Source of the DNA: Lytechinus pictus
Taxonomy: Eukaryota
NCBI RefSeq assembly: GCF_037042905.1
Contig: NC_087250.1
Span: 16,680,001-16,744,000 of the forward strand
Reading direction: 5' to 3'
Length of the DNA: 64,000 bases
The first letter of the stretch is position 1; every line of letters begins with the position of its first letter. A model generated the notes under the pieces. That model was not told the DNA's origin and made no database searches. It was given only the letters and a program-made list of their open reading frames with translations. A program made the position numbers and the translations under genes. This document shows, piece after piece, positions 40,001 through 52,270 of this stretch.

Positions 40001-43000
40001 CCAAACTGTTGCGAGTTGGCTTGAAAATCGCCTAAAGTGCGCCGAATTCGCCGAAAACGTGCAAAAGTCTAATAATACCGTCTAAAATGCAAATGGTCCC
40101 GTATTTCGCTCCCAAACATTCAAAATCCATGTCATTTTCATCATACTCTCTAAATTTGTAGAGGAATATATTCTAAAGCCGTTAAAATATTAAAAATATA
40201 GGGTCCATGTGCTCGTTTTTAAACTATCAGTGTCCAAAATGTTGCGAGTTGGCTTGAAACAGCCCAAAATGCGCCGAAAAAAAGCAAAAGTCTGTTGATA
40301 TACCGTCTAAAATGCGAGTAGTTCCGCAGTCTTGCTCCCAAACATTGAAAATCCATGTCATTTTCATCATACTTTGCATAAAGATACTTTAGCATCTGAA
40401 TATTCCAAATATACAAAAATTAACATGTGTCCATGTGCTTGATTTTTTGCTATAGAGCTTCAAAGTTAACCCAAAATGGATGATGTTCTTAAGAATTGTG
40501 CATCCAAAAGTATTTGGCATATTTAGACCTCACGAGATCACAACAATGAGTTTAAAGCTATATTACTCAGTCAAAATCCAGGAAGATTTCATCAAATGTT
40601 GTTATATGATCAATAATTGTATCCGTAAGATGGATTATTTATTTATATTGCTGTCAATTGTTTGGTCATTAAAGTCTAACAACACACTCAGTTCTCAGAA
40701 ATTGCGGGAAAGATACTTCAAACATTTCAAATTTCAATAACAAACTTGAGAAGTAAAAGAAATGCTGCACTTTAGTCAAAGCCCATGTCATTTTCACCAA
40801 ACTTTGCAAAGTTGTAGAGGAAGGTATACCGAAGAGGTGCAAACATAAAAAAATATGGGTTCATGTGCTTGTTTTCAAACTACCAGCACTCTTATTAGAG
40901 CAAATTTGCTTCTTAAAACACCCGAAAACGCGCCAAAAGCTTTGTATCTATGTGAGGAAAAATTCCGAACCACTTTTCCATTTATTCATACTCGGGGTCA
41001 TATTTATCATACTTTGCAGCACTACAGCTAGAGAAAAGTATTTTGAAACTGTAGAGGAATTAAAAAATGGTCCATGGAATAATTCTAGTTTATTAGCTTC
41101 ATAAAATAACACATCAGATCTGAAGTTAGTGCAGATAAGGAGAAAAATCAGCTCACATTACCTACAGCTGGTTAAATCACCAGTTCATGATCCATTGTGA
41201 CGTCAGCGCGCAGAGTGTAAAATATGCGCAGATCATAATGCGCACAAACATAACTGTGGAACGTCCTTAAGTGTGACCGTATGAAGAAGAAGAATTACCT
41301 TTTTTCAGATAAGCTAGTTTTGCTTTTTGAAGAGCCTGTCAAATCATTACTTTGGCTTTTACATGCATATTTAAGCCTATCCAGTCTTACCTGTATCTTT
41401 CGGCAGACTGACAATGTCTATCAGAGCTGTTTCATAGTACATTTTCTCTGCCTGGATAAAATATACAGCTTTTTCATCTGAAGGATCAAATGTTAAGAAA
41501 AAAACAAACAAAGAAAGCTCCCACAATTCAACAAATACGAGTGAAAAACATAAACCTGAGAAGCCTGAGATTATTATTTTTTGTGTAAATGCAGATTTTT
41601 ATGCTGTGAGCTGTGTATTTGATGTTGAACATTCTCGAAACACCATTTAAATTCAAGTCTTGATCACCTGACCTTCTTCAAATTTGGCACATGCAAAATA
41701 ACCCTCATTTTTCAAGCGTGAATGATAGAACAATATGGAAAACTGGTGTGAACTGTTAAAGGTCAAGTCTACCCCAGAAAAATGTTGATTTGAATAAATA
41801 GAGAAAAATGAAACAAGTATAACGCTGAAAATTTCATCAAAATCGGACGTAAAATAAGAAAGTTATGGAATTTTTAAGTTTTGCTTATTTTTCACAAAAC
41901 TGTGATATGCACAATTAGGTGAGTCAGTCGATATTGTCCATCACTCACTATTTCTTTTTTTTATTGTTTGAATTATACAATTTTTAATTTTTTACAGATT
42001 TGGCAAGAAGGACCAACTTGACTGAACCATATAGTATAAAACAATGCTATCTACACATGTTCAGGGAGGAATTAATCATGTTTCACTTGACAATGAGGAG
42101 AAAATTAGAAAATTTCATATAATAAAATACAAAAGAAATAGTGAGTGGATGACGTCATCAGTCTCCTTATTTGCATACCGACCAGAATGTGAATAGAACT
42201 GTTTTGTGAAATTAAGCGAAACTTTGAAATGTCATAACTTTCTTATTTTACATCCGATTTTGATGAAATTTTCAGTGGTGAGCGTGATCGGTTCATCACG
42301 GACGGACATTTGATAGATTTTGAAAACTTTGAAGGCTTGTAACAAATTAGGAATAAGATGAACATGGTTCCTTTGTGTTTTATAGTGAAGGGTAGGACAA
42401 AGTATGCTGAATGATGAAAAAAGTTTGTTGCCATGGTTACCTACAAACATAGGTAGCCACTAAATGTGCCATATCACGGACGGACATGATAGAAATGTGG
42501 TTTTCAGAATTTTTGAACATTTTTATTGTTTCTATCTAAATAGCTTAACTTTGACAAATAATTGTTAATGCAACTTACACTCAGGTATGTTAGCTTCTAT
42601 GTTCAGCATATTGAATTCTTAACCAATATCAAACTTCTGAGAGAATTGCAAATATTTTCCATCTCGGACGGACATCTCGGACGGACATCACGGACGGACA
42701 CAATTAAAATACATTGGAAGTACCTTGTAAGAAGTTCTTATTACTTGTTTGGGGGAACAAATGCTATTATATTGATGATTTGTACATTTTTTAATATTTT
42801 ATAATTAAACAACATTAGTTGCACAATCAAGTTGCTACAACTTCAGTCAAGTTGCTACAACTTGATTTAAGTTGTAGCAACATGATTTCTATGCTAGACA
42901 CACAAAATAATCTAGCCATATGATTGCTTTTAAACACAGTTCTTTTCAAATCAAACATCCTAATGCACATTGTCTTTTTTTCAATTTATACCGTGTTTAC

Positions 43001-46000
43001 ACTTAATCGGCATTTGGTTCAGAACCAAAAGCCGATGCAGAATCGGCTTTTGGTTTGCGTTTACACGTTGTTACAGCTCGCGGTTCAGAACCGCGAGCCG
43101 ATGCAAAAACCTGAAATGATACGCACACCAACAATATACGTCATAATAAAGACAACGCTGGATCAGTGCGCTAACAATTACGTCACAATGGTAAAGTAAA
43201 TGAAATGCGCACAAATTGCTGATGCAGAATCGGCTTTCTGTTTACACGTAGTAAAAAAGCCGATTCTGCATCTGCTCGCGGTTCAGAACCTACTACTTTG
43301 GTGGTGCAAATTGCCGGTTCTGAACCGCAAGCCGATGCAAGTTACTCGCGTTTACACGCTATGAAAAAGCCGATGCTGCATCGGCTCGCGGTTCAGAACC
43401 GCGAGCCCATTCAAATGCCGATTAAGTGTAAACACTGTATTAGAGAATACTATAGTTGGTACCAAATCAACATCCAGTGGATCAATGATCATGTTGATAC
43501 TTTTTATGATATATCATGATGATACATGTTCATACATTTTTAGGCATAAATTTTCGAAGAGCACATATTTTTTTTAATGTCCATTAAGTAAATCCAAAAG
43601 ATTCACAGGTTGCTGATCATTATGCTTGTTTGGTGGATCAAGTATGACCACAACACTTGTCCAGGCTCTCTTCAAATTCATCTTTTGTCCATATTAAAGT
43701 GGAGACACCCCTTCACATCAACAGCCCTCATGTATTTAGGCCCTGACCGAATCCAAAATTGAAATCAAATACTAATTAAACTTGTAAACACTGCAGTGCA
43801 AGCTTTATATGAATTGTATGCATTTTCAGATTACCAGATCAGCAATTTGCTCGAAATTAGCTCCAAAATGGACTTTAAAAAAAAGAATTCTTGTACTTTT
43901 CACAAGCCTCAAGGACGTGATGTCATGTTCTGTTTAGTAGAAGCATTGTGATTCCATGGGTTTGTACATGGAATTTTAAATTTTTTTTCTGCTTATCAGA
44001 ATATGCATTCTACTTTCTTCCTTTCCATCACTTTCTGCAAGCTTCAATTGATGAAATATACAGCTTTTGACTTATTCTTGCTCTATTTCATTTCCTGCTT
44101 TTTGGCATACATGTAGCTTCCAACTCTATCTGCATTCCAATTATGTTTAAAAAAAATTCCTGACAACAATTAAGCCCCAATAACAGCCAAAGAAAGATTT
44201 CACAAAAAATTGTGAAGAGTTGTAGGTTTCCATCCATTTGAGTTTTGAATAATTCTCAGTACCATTTTTCACTGCAAATTGGAACTAAAATTAAATTCAT
44301 AATCTGCTCAGTATTTGCTCATTGTCTGTCCGTGATGAAATTAATGTCCGTCTGCGATTATTTTGATTTATGATATGGATAAAATGTATGGATTTTAGCT
44401 ATATTCAAATGAAATGATGTACAGTGTCTAGTGAGATGCTTCTACACACTTATATTTTTGCTTCTATTCTGATAAAGAATAAAAAGCTGAATCCATACAT
44501 ATTATCCATATCATAAACTCAATAAAAATGATCACGGATGGACATTAATTTCTTCACGGACGGAAATTTCAAAATGGAATGTTAACATCTAACAGAAAAA
44601 TTTACTTCCCATATTTTTTCTACTAATTTATGTTTGATGATAGATTAATGTTCAGAGTACAAGAAAATCCAAACCAAATTGGAGTAACTTTGAAAACAAT
44701 AAAACTAGAGTGAATTGAATTTGAGTGAATTTACATTGTCCGTCCGTGATGAAATTAATGTCCGTCCGTGATCATTTTTGATTGAGTTTATGATATGGAT
44801 AAAATGTATGGATTTCAGCTATGTTCAAATAAAATGATGTACAGTGTTTAGTGAGATACCTCTACACCTTTTTATTTTTTATTTCTATTCTGATAAAAAA
44901 TAAAAAAACTTTTTATATTTTTTTTCATCACGGACGGAAATTTCAAAATGGAAATGTTCACACCTACCAAAAAAAATTACTTCCCAATATTTTTTTCCTA
45001 CTAATTTATGTTTGATAATAGATTAATGTTCAGAGTGCAAGAACAACTAAACCAAATTGGAATAACTTTAAAAACAATAAAACTAGAGAGAATTTAATTT
45101 GAGTAAAAATGTCCGTCCGTGATGAGAGGTAATAGCACCCCCACTAATAAAATGGACTATTCCAGGAATTTCGGATTTATCAATCTTCATGAAACTGAGT
45201 TCTTCGAAACCTGAGATATCAAAGATTATCTTAAAAGCAATTTTGATAGAAATATCTAAAAAAAAAAATTTCACCTCAATGCTAACCCTTAACCGATCAT
45301 GCTCTGTTATGCTTTTTGGATTTTTCTCTTTTTATTTAAATCAACTGTTTGTTGGGGTGGACTTGTCCTTTAATCATCCATTGAAATAATCGTAGAAATA
45401 TAATCATGTCCACTGGACCGGGATGGAGAGGGGGGTTTCACATAATATCACTATTCTCTGCAGCTTATCTTGCTGATTAATGTGTCTGCAGAAGATTTTG
45501 AAAACTAGCCCATTACAATAATCCTTTTTGGCCTGATTACAACATGAATAGATGGCAATCTGCAACTCATGTGAGCTGAAGAAGCCTGACTGGAAATCAG
45601 ACATATTAAATGGGATATGGTAATTAGAATAGTTAGTATGAATATGAACTGGTAATACAGACGAACTAGGATTAGACCATTTGGAATGAGACCAACTGGA
45701 ATGCAGCTGAAGCCTTTGTCAACAGACTAATCAATCAGCAATTTAATTCAAAGGATACATTCCTTCTTCTCAAAGTAAACATCAGCTATGGCGTGAAGGC
45801 ACTTTGGTAGCTCATCAAATGAAGACCCCTCCGCCAGACCCGTGATGGCTCCAAGATAACACTTGAGGGCTCCCTCCATATTACCTTTTTCTTGGCGTCT
45901 AGCGCCCTCTCGGTAGAGGATCGACCTCTCAGGTCGTGTCAAGTGATGAAGGTCACGACCCAGTAGAGCTTTGATATTATCTGTAGAGTGTGAACGGAAA

Positions 46001-46868
46001 GCAAATTTGCTATCAATAGGGTGATGCAATTAATTGCAAATCAATCAGTAGATTTTGAATCATTGCAAAATATTCCCTACTTGCAAACTTAAAGTAAACC
46101 ACCCAAAGCCATACAAATCTCAGATTAAAAACAAAACAAAACTAGAGGGGGCTATAAATGGGTGATATTTCAAAACCAATATCTGATTTGAAGCAGGTTG
46201 TTGTGTTGATAAATTATATGACACAATAAGAAAATTGGTCTAATTTTTCACCCAATTTTCTTTATTAAAATGGCATCATTTCTATCAGCACAACATTCTG
46301 CTTCAAACGAGACATGTAAAGCTTGATTCTGAAATATTAAACAAATTTTATCCCTCTATAGTGCACCTCTAATAAAACGTGCTAAATGAAAATCTTTAAT
46401 ACATAACCTAATCAAATAAGCATAATTTATGAACATACCATTCTCGTCTGAATCAACCTCTTTAGTTCCTGATACAGTGTGTTCCTCCTGTTCAGTCGTA
46501 GAATTAGAATTTGTGTCGTTTTTCTCTCTTCTGTCAGGGACTTGATCCGCATCCTTGGCTACATCTTCAGGAGCTGCAGATGTCCCTCTCTCTCCATCAA
46601 GAGCTCCTACTTGGTGATGCTTGTCACCCTCACTTACTCCTGCATGATCCTCATTCTCCATGCCTTCATCATTAGAGTGCTTCTCCTGCAAAACTCCAGG
46701 AGATGGAGGGTCTTCCCTCCCATGCTCTGCATCCTGTTCTTGTTTCGAGTCACGTATCGCCTTTGGATCCAGCACTATTTCGGTCCTTTGGTCTGTATCG
46801 CCACCAGGTCCAGGTTGGGGATGGCCATGTGATGCTTGTTCCATATGCTCCGTGGGCTGTGACATCAT
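33845..46868 (-). CDS. CNST: Consortin-like protein: acidic disordered N-terminus, TPR-like helices, C-terminal TM helix; 8 coding exons, about 487 aa
   Basis: Exons on the - strand: 46868-46439, 45980-45759, 41477-41391, 37154-36965, 36325-36186, 35755-35659, 35223-35120, 34038-33845. Total 1464 nt with consistent phases. LPKCLHAIADVYFEKKEYEKAVYFIQAEKMYYE resembles the consortin N-terminal motif as I recall it (LPxCLHQIAESYFxEEDYEKAMKFIQLERLYHE). The C-terminal TM followed by YC..C...NYWY resembles the consortin C-terminus. Confidence 0.82.
34158..34368 (-). mobile_element. tRNA-derived SINE (CORE-like)
   Basis: Reverse complement shows TGGCCCAGTGG, GGTTCAAATGCC and CCCAGGTGAGGTGAATGGGTACC; related to the 27665 element. 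Confidence 0.7.
35120..35223 (-). CDS. CNST: CNST-like exon
   Basis: FTSTDNKEVNGVEDRT...SLEDR; TAG/GTGAAT; needed to bridge the phases of its neighbours. Confidence 0.72.
35659..35755 (-). CDS. CNST: CNST-like exon
   Basis: AMQKFEKEEEE...EPELRQ; CAG/GTGAGT. Confidence 0.82.
35955..36145. repeat. Degenerate (AATTG)n microsatellite
   Basis: Repeated GAATT/AAATTG units. Confidence 0.8.
36186..36325 (-). CDS. CNST: CNST-like exon (TPR-like)
   Basis: LQLALDYCGKATKMYQTEYGEDHPITVAALDLFTVIYADVGKKLYS; CAG/GTTAG. Confidence 0.85.
36965..37154 (-). CDS. CNST: CNST-like exon
   Basis: SKAENRQ...EFENLARLCLREG; CAG/GTAAG; phase fits. Confidence 0.82.
38040..41266. mobile_element. Kolobok-like non-autonomous DNA transposon (3.2 kb) with an internal 233-bp tandem array
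   Basis: TTAA|GGACGTTCCACAGTTA...TAACTGTGGAACGTCC|TTAA; GAGTTGGCTTGAAA repeats every ~233 bp (about 39314-40246); nested MITE at about 38587-38733. Confidence 0.85.
41391..41477 (-). CDS. CNST: CNST-like exon
   Basis: (Y)EKAVYFIQAEKMYYETALIDIVSLPKDT; CAG/GTAAGA. Confidence 0.85.
41478..45758 (-). other. U12-type GT-AG intron in the CNST-like gene
   Basis: 5' splice site GTATCCTTTG (reverse complement of 45749-45758); branch-like TTCTTAAC (reverse complement of 41492-41499), ending 14 nt before the intron end. Confidence 0.88.
41760..45370. mobile_element. Kolobok-like MITE containing nested elements at 42280-45304 and 42989-43439
   Basis: Outer: TTAA|AGGTCAAGTCTACCCC...GGGGTGGACTTGTCCT|TTAA. 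Middle: GAGCGTGATCGGTT...AACCGATCATGCTC with a TGGT/TGTT 4-bp TSD. Inner: TACCGTGTTTACACTTAATCGGC TIR with a TTA TSD. Confidence 0.8.
45759..45980 (-). CDS. CNST: CNST-like exon (TPR-like), followed by a U12 donor
   Basis: NIKALLGRD...ALKCYLGAI...LPKCLHAIADVYFEKKE; donor GTATCCTTT. Confidence 0.88.
46439..46868 (-). CDS. CNST: CNST-like first coding exon (MMSQPTEHMEQ...VDSDEN)
   Basis: Acceptor TTGTAG ends 5 nt before the ATG; donor GTATGT; acidic low-complexity ORF. Confidence 0.8.
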
Positions 46869-47346
46869 AACTTCTACAATTATTAAGAGGAACAGCAAAA
46901 AAAATCACTGTGATGGGGTAGGGAGGGGCATTGGTTCAGATTAACTGATAAACATTGTTCGTCTTTGCCAAATTATCGTGATGCAGAATATTTCACTAGT
47001 TCGAGGACTAAACAGCAATGAAAAAAAGCAAAAATGCTAGATCAATTGATGGGCTACATGTACAAGTAAAGGAAGATGTATGTAAATCTAGGCCTACATG
47101 CACATACATATCTACAGAGAAAATAAAACAGATTACCAGCTTAGATCTATATCTAGATAGCTATTAGATCTGAACACAAATTCTAATCAGCAAGCATCAA
47201 AATATTCACTTGATAATGAGAGTGATCTAAATCATGCCTTAAGATCTTATCAAGATCTGACATTAAGCCTACATTTCAAAACTGGGTCAATATAGGATAT
47301 CCTTTGTTTTCCCTTTTTTCTTCTTCTTTCTTGTTTTATTCCTTAA

Positions 47347-47883
47347 AGGGAAATGAAACCTTTGGAACAAATAGGCTTGTGTAGAAACAGAAAAATCAAA
47401 GAATAAGAGCATTTGAAAATTGCAATCACTAATGCTATGGAGATCCTACTGTTGGCAATGCGACAAGGATGTGTGATGTCACATGTGATCAACTTTCCCT
47501 TTGATAGACTATAAAATACCCCCTAAATGTCTCTTTTTGCTTTTTCATATGGTGATACAAACTCTTTATCCATGATTTATTCTTTAAAAATCTGGATTAC
47601 ATGCCCTCCTATAGAAAGAACACATGATCTACTGATAGATGTGATAAAAGAGGCAGTTTAAGTGAAATATATAATAAAGTAATGGGAGAGTTGTTCACAA
47701 GTGACATCACACATCTTTGTTGCATTGCCAATGTGAGGATCTCCATAGCATTAGTGATCGCAATATTCAAATGCTCATAACTTTCTCATTATTCGTCCGA
47801 TTTTTCTCAAACCTTCGTTGATCTGTGTCTTTGATTTTTCTGTTTTCACACAAGCTATCTTGTTCCAAAGGTTTCTTTTTCCT
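47347..47883. mobile_element. Palindromic TTAA-flanked MITE
   Basis: Long imperfect TIRs AGGGAAATGAAACCTTTGGAACAA / TTGTTCCAAAGGTTTCTTTTTCCT. Confidence 0.7.
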
Positions 47884-49156
47884 TTAATCTTAATTCATGG
47901 AACAAAGAAAGAAGAAAAATCTGAACAAATATATAAGAATGAAAAACAGAAGGAAAAAACAAAAAATGAAAGAAGAGTTTAAACATAGAAACATAGAAGT
48001 CACAGAAGGAAAGTTAAAGGTCAACTCCACCTCAGAAAAATGTTGATTTGAATAGGGAAAAATCAGACTTGTATTTTCTAACAAATAGTATGCACAATTT
48101 AGTCACATGGATGCAAATGAGAGAATCGATGATGTCCCTCACTCACTTTTCCTTTTGTTTGTTTGAATCATAGATCTAACATAACATTACAATATTTTAA
48201 TCATACAGATTTGATAATTTTTAAGGATCAAATGTTAAACAATGCCATTGGTATTCAATGGTAATTCCACATGTTCAGAGAGGAATAAAACTTTGTTTCA
48301 CAGGACAATGGCAGTGAAAAGAAATTAGAATTAAAAAAAAAATAATGAGTGATGTCATCAGATCCCTCATTTGCATAGATCTACATGTAGCTGAGCTAGA
48401 TAACCGTTTTGTGAAATTCAGCGAAGAATATACATATAGCTTCTTATTTTACAATACGAATTTGTCTTTGATGCAATGTTATTCTTGTTAGATTTTTCTC
48501 CTTTTATTCAAATAAACTTTTAGTTGGGGTGGACTTGTCCTAAAAAAAATGTAAAAACAAAGAAATACATAGGATTTGAAAGAAAAAAGAATGAAAGAAG
48601 TGTAACGTTACGAGTCAGTAGGCCTTGAGTGATTAGATCTAAGTTAGAATAGATCTAACGTTAAAGTTAGACAGGTCTAATTAAAAATTTACATAATAGA
48701 TAAGACTCCTATTGGCTATTCCAAGACCAATGTCAATGAATTACGAATACGATTTTGATTTAAACTTAATATTAATAATAAGTCTTAGTCGTCAGTGGAT
48801 AATTTTAATTTAATTATCATGAGTATCTCTCTCCAGCTCCCCTTTCTCTTTCTCCTCCTTTTCCCCCTCTCCTGTTAGTCATATTGTAACGTTCTTGCTG
48901 ACAAGGAGCTGGAACGAGTGGTATGATGGCTCAGACCTCAGACTCAGTACACTCACACGTATTGCGAGGTTAGTTATTATACTCAGTCACTCTAGGCGAC
49001 ACCCCAATACTTACCCGTGTTAATAAACTGGGACTCCACTCACGCGCATTTGGGCCGCCCTAGCTTAGAACTAAGCAATATTATCTAGAAATTGTTAAAC
49101 TGTAGTCATAAAATATGTTCTATTAAATAAATTGATAATGTTTAATCGGTACTCAC

Positions 49157-49656
49157 CGGTTCTTTTGTTGCATTTTCAGACCATTTCTCACAATTCTTCG
49201 TAAATATTTGCGGCAAATTTTGTCGCCATAGACAGCTATACGTCCATCTTTATTAATAAATGGAGCGCCCTTTACGATAGTTGTTAATGCCGCGGAGAAA
49301 TCGTTAGGCATTTTGGCCTGTATTCAAGGCGTTCTTTCTGTTTTATTTTTTATATTGAAGATTGTGCATTTGTTGAATAGCACCGTCTACGTCAGGTATG
49401 AGATCGAGTGTATAAATACACTCTTCCAAAATAATTATGATTCCGACCTGGCGCTGTTTAACTTCAATCTCTTTCACCTAAATTAGCGATGAATGAATGC
49501 TAGCATTATAAAATATATATTATTAACGTCTGACGAAAAGAATAATCAACCGATCAGCTGACGAGAACGCGAATCACGTGATCTTCATATCAGCTTCGAT
49601 CGCGAGTCAGAAGTGAAGAGCAACTGCCCAGAAAATCAGGAAAAAGCCGTGAAAAT
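49157..49656. promoter_or_regulatory. Putative bidirectional promoter and non-coding first exons of CNST-like (-) and SNRNP35 (+), copy A
   Basis: Relatively CpG-rich. Divergent donors: GTGAGT on - (49151-49156) and GTAAGT on + (49657). YY1-like ATGGCG on - near 49224-49229; CACGTG near 49575. Both genes have an acceptor just before their ATG, so each needs an upstream exon. Confidence 0.55.
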
Positions 49657-50218
49657 GTAAGTTCCCCTTCATTTCTTTCATTTTTTTGTTGTTGCTAACG
49701 TCACGATGCATTTAGCCTACACTCTAGGCCTATAAAGTTATAATTTAAATAAGAGAAAGGAATATAGCTTGTACTTGTGATAGGCCTAATATAGAAATAT
49801 CCTGTTCTCAGAGATTTCTAACCAAAAATACTACTGATGTCGCCTAGGAGTGGACTCAGTCACTCTGGGGCTACACCGCTATTCCAACGCGTGTTGGAAA
49901 AGTCGACGCCAGACGGGTACGTTTTGGCCTTGAATTTCCAGCAAATTAATCAAAATTACGGCCTAAATTTAGGTCTATGTTATCAATTATATACTAATTT
50001 CATAATTATAATGTAAAACGGGTACTCACGGGTTCTTTTCTTTCCAAATTTTGTGTTTTCATCGCCTCTTCTGGCCAACTCTTGCGATGGATTTTGTCGC
50101 CATAGGATCCTGTACGTGCAAATCCAGGGCGAGTTGTCACATGACGCTCGCGAGTCTCTAGGGGTAATGGCCTTTAATCAAGGCGTTCTTTTTGCTATAA
50201 TTTTATAATGACGCTTAA

Positions 50219-51153
50219 GGACGTTCCACAGTTATATTTGTGCGCATTATGATCTGCGCATAGTTTACACTCTGCGCGCTGACGTCACAATGGATGAACA
50301 GGAATTAATTAGCTGCGGGTATGAGCTGATTTTTCTCGTCTTCTGCACTTTAACTGCAGATCCGATGCGTTATTTCATGAAGCTAAAAAATTGAATTATT
50401 CCATGGACCATTCAAAAAAATATTCTCTACAATTTCAGAATACTTTACTCTGCAATGCTGCCAAGAATCACGAATATTAGCCCGAGTTTGAATAAATGGT
50501 AGAGTGGTTTTGATTTTTTCTTCACATAGATACTAAGCATTCGGCCCATTTTTTGTGTTTTAAAAAGCACATTTGCTCTAATAAAAATGCTGATAGTTTA
50601 AAAACAAGCACATGAACCCCTATTTTTTAATGTTTCTACCTCTTAGGTATACCTTCCGCTACAACTCTGCAAATTTTGGTGAAAATGACATGGATTTTGA
50701 ATAAAGTGCAGCATTTATTGTACGTTTGTATTTTGTTACTGAAATTTTACATTTTTCAGATTGGGATTTTGTTATCTTTTACGCCATTTTTAAGAACTGA
50801 CAGTGCTGTTAAACTTAAAACTGCAAACAAATAGCACTATTAATAGATTCTCCATTCTAACGATACAATTATTAACTCTCTTGCGAAATTTGATGACTTT
50901 TTCATGTATTTTGAATGAGTAATGGAGGTTTAAACTCATTGTAGTAATCTTGGGCGGTCTAAAAATGCCAAATTCTTTTGAATGCGCAATTCTTAAGAAC
51001 ATCAATTTGGTTGAACTTTGAAGCTCTATAGCAAAAAATCAAGCACATGGACCTATGTTAATTTTTGCATATTTCGAATATTAAGGTTCTAAAGTATCTA
51101 TGTGCAAAGTTTGGTGAAAATGACATGGATTTCACTTTAACTGTGGAACGTCC
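50219..51153. mobile_element. Kolobok-like element, a shorter relative of 38040-41266 in opposite orientation
   Basis: TTAA|GGACGTTCCACAG...CTGTGGAACGTCC|TTAA; body matches the reverse complement of about 40350-41266. Confidence 0.85.
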
Positions 51154-52091
51154 TTAAATATCGAAATCAATGTAGACGAGTCTGTGCAGGGGCATAACAG
51201 GGGTATATAAGAGGGGGCATAGTACATGTCGCATGTGGAAGATACAAGTTACGTAATGTAAGTCCCGAGCACTAGCGTACCTAGGGGGGGGGGGCAGTCT
51301 GCCCCCCCCCCCCGATGAGTCACAAACCCATGCAAATTACATATCTCTGCCCCCCGGCCCCCCTGACGAGCTTGAAAACCTATTTTGCCCCCCCCCCCCC
51401 CCCGACGAGCTTGAATACCTATTTTGCCCCCCCTGGCGAGCTTGAAGACTTTTTTTTTGCTTGTCAAATTTTTTCTGGTACGATTGAAGACCTTTTTCAT
51501 TGAAGAGCCTTTTTTTCCTTTTTTTTTGCTTGTCAAATTTTTTGGCGGCCGATTTTGCCCCCCTGTGGAAAATCCTAGGTACGCCATGCACTGCCCGCGC
51601 TACATGTATGTTGGTAGCCCTGGGACCTCTGGATATTAACTAATCCAATTTAATTACAGATGGCAGATTTTTTTATTATCTGAGTAGCCCCCCCCCCCCC
51701 CCCCCCCGGATTATAGTGTTCTCACATTACTTTCCTTTTTAGATTTCCTTTCGTTCTTTCTTTCATTTTTCTTTCTTTCTTCCTTCCGTTGCTCCTATGT
51801 TTTTTTTTCAGGTGAAATCCACTCGGGGGATGGCCAGCCATGCCCCCATCTGTTTATGCCTCTGAGATGTAGGCTATACTCATGATCTTAATCTTCGATT
51901 TTCCAAAGTAGGGGGGTGCAATTTCTCAAGTAAAATTTGACAACCCCCCCAAAAAGGTTATCACAGAAAAATTGTCATTTTGTCTCGCGTAAGATTTGAC
52001 AAGTAAAAAGAAAAGATGGTTACTAAAAATAAAAGACTTTTGTCCGTGTAATATTTGGCAAGCCTCCCCCCCCCCCCAAGTTTAACATATC

Positions 52092-52270
52092 GGAGGCGCG
52101 ATGGCTCAGTCGGTAGAGCAGGGGTTTCGGATTCCGGTGACCCGGGTTCGATTCCCAAGTGGTGCGCTAGTGCCCTTAAGGCTTATCCTCATTACCAGGT
52201 CCCTCGGAGAGGACCTTAAGCCGTTGGTCCCCTGGTTGCTTGCTCACAGGCATTCGTGCTTTTTTAGCAG
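52092..52270 (+). mobile_element. tRNA-derived SINE
   Basis: TGGCTCAGTCGGTAGAGC (A box) and GGTTCGATTCCC (B box) followed by a non-tRNA body. Confidence 0.7.

Noticed and set aside
38040..45370. Autonomous transposase genes in the large TIR elements
   Set aside because: No long ORF or DDE-like peptide in any frame of the ORF track
49190..49229. Minus-strand ATGGCG as the CNST-like start codon
   Set aside because: The frame stops after 13 codons (MATKFAANIYEEL*); more likely a YY1-like motif or a uORF
52092..52170. tRNA gene (similar heads at 16451 and 27665)
   Set aside because: A/B boxes are present, but there is no convincing acceptor stem or cloverleaf and the sequence runs into a SINE body
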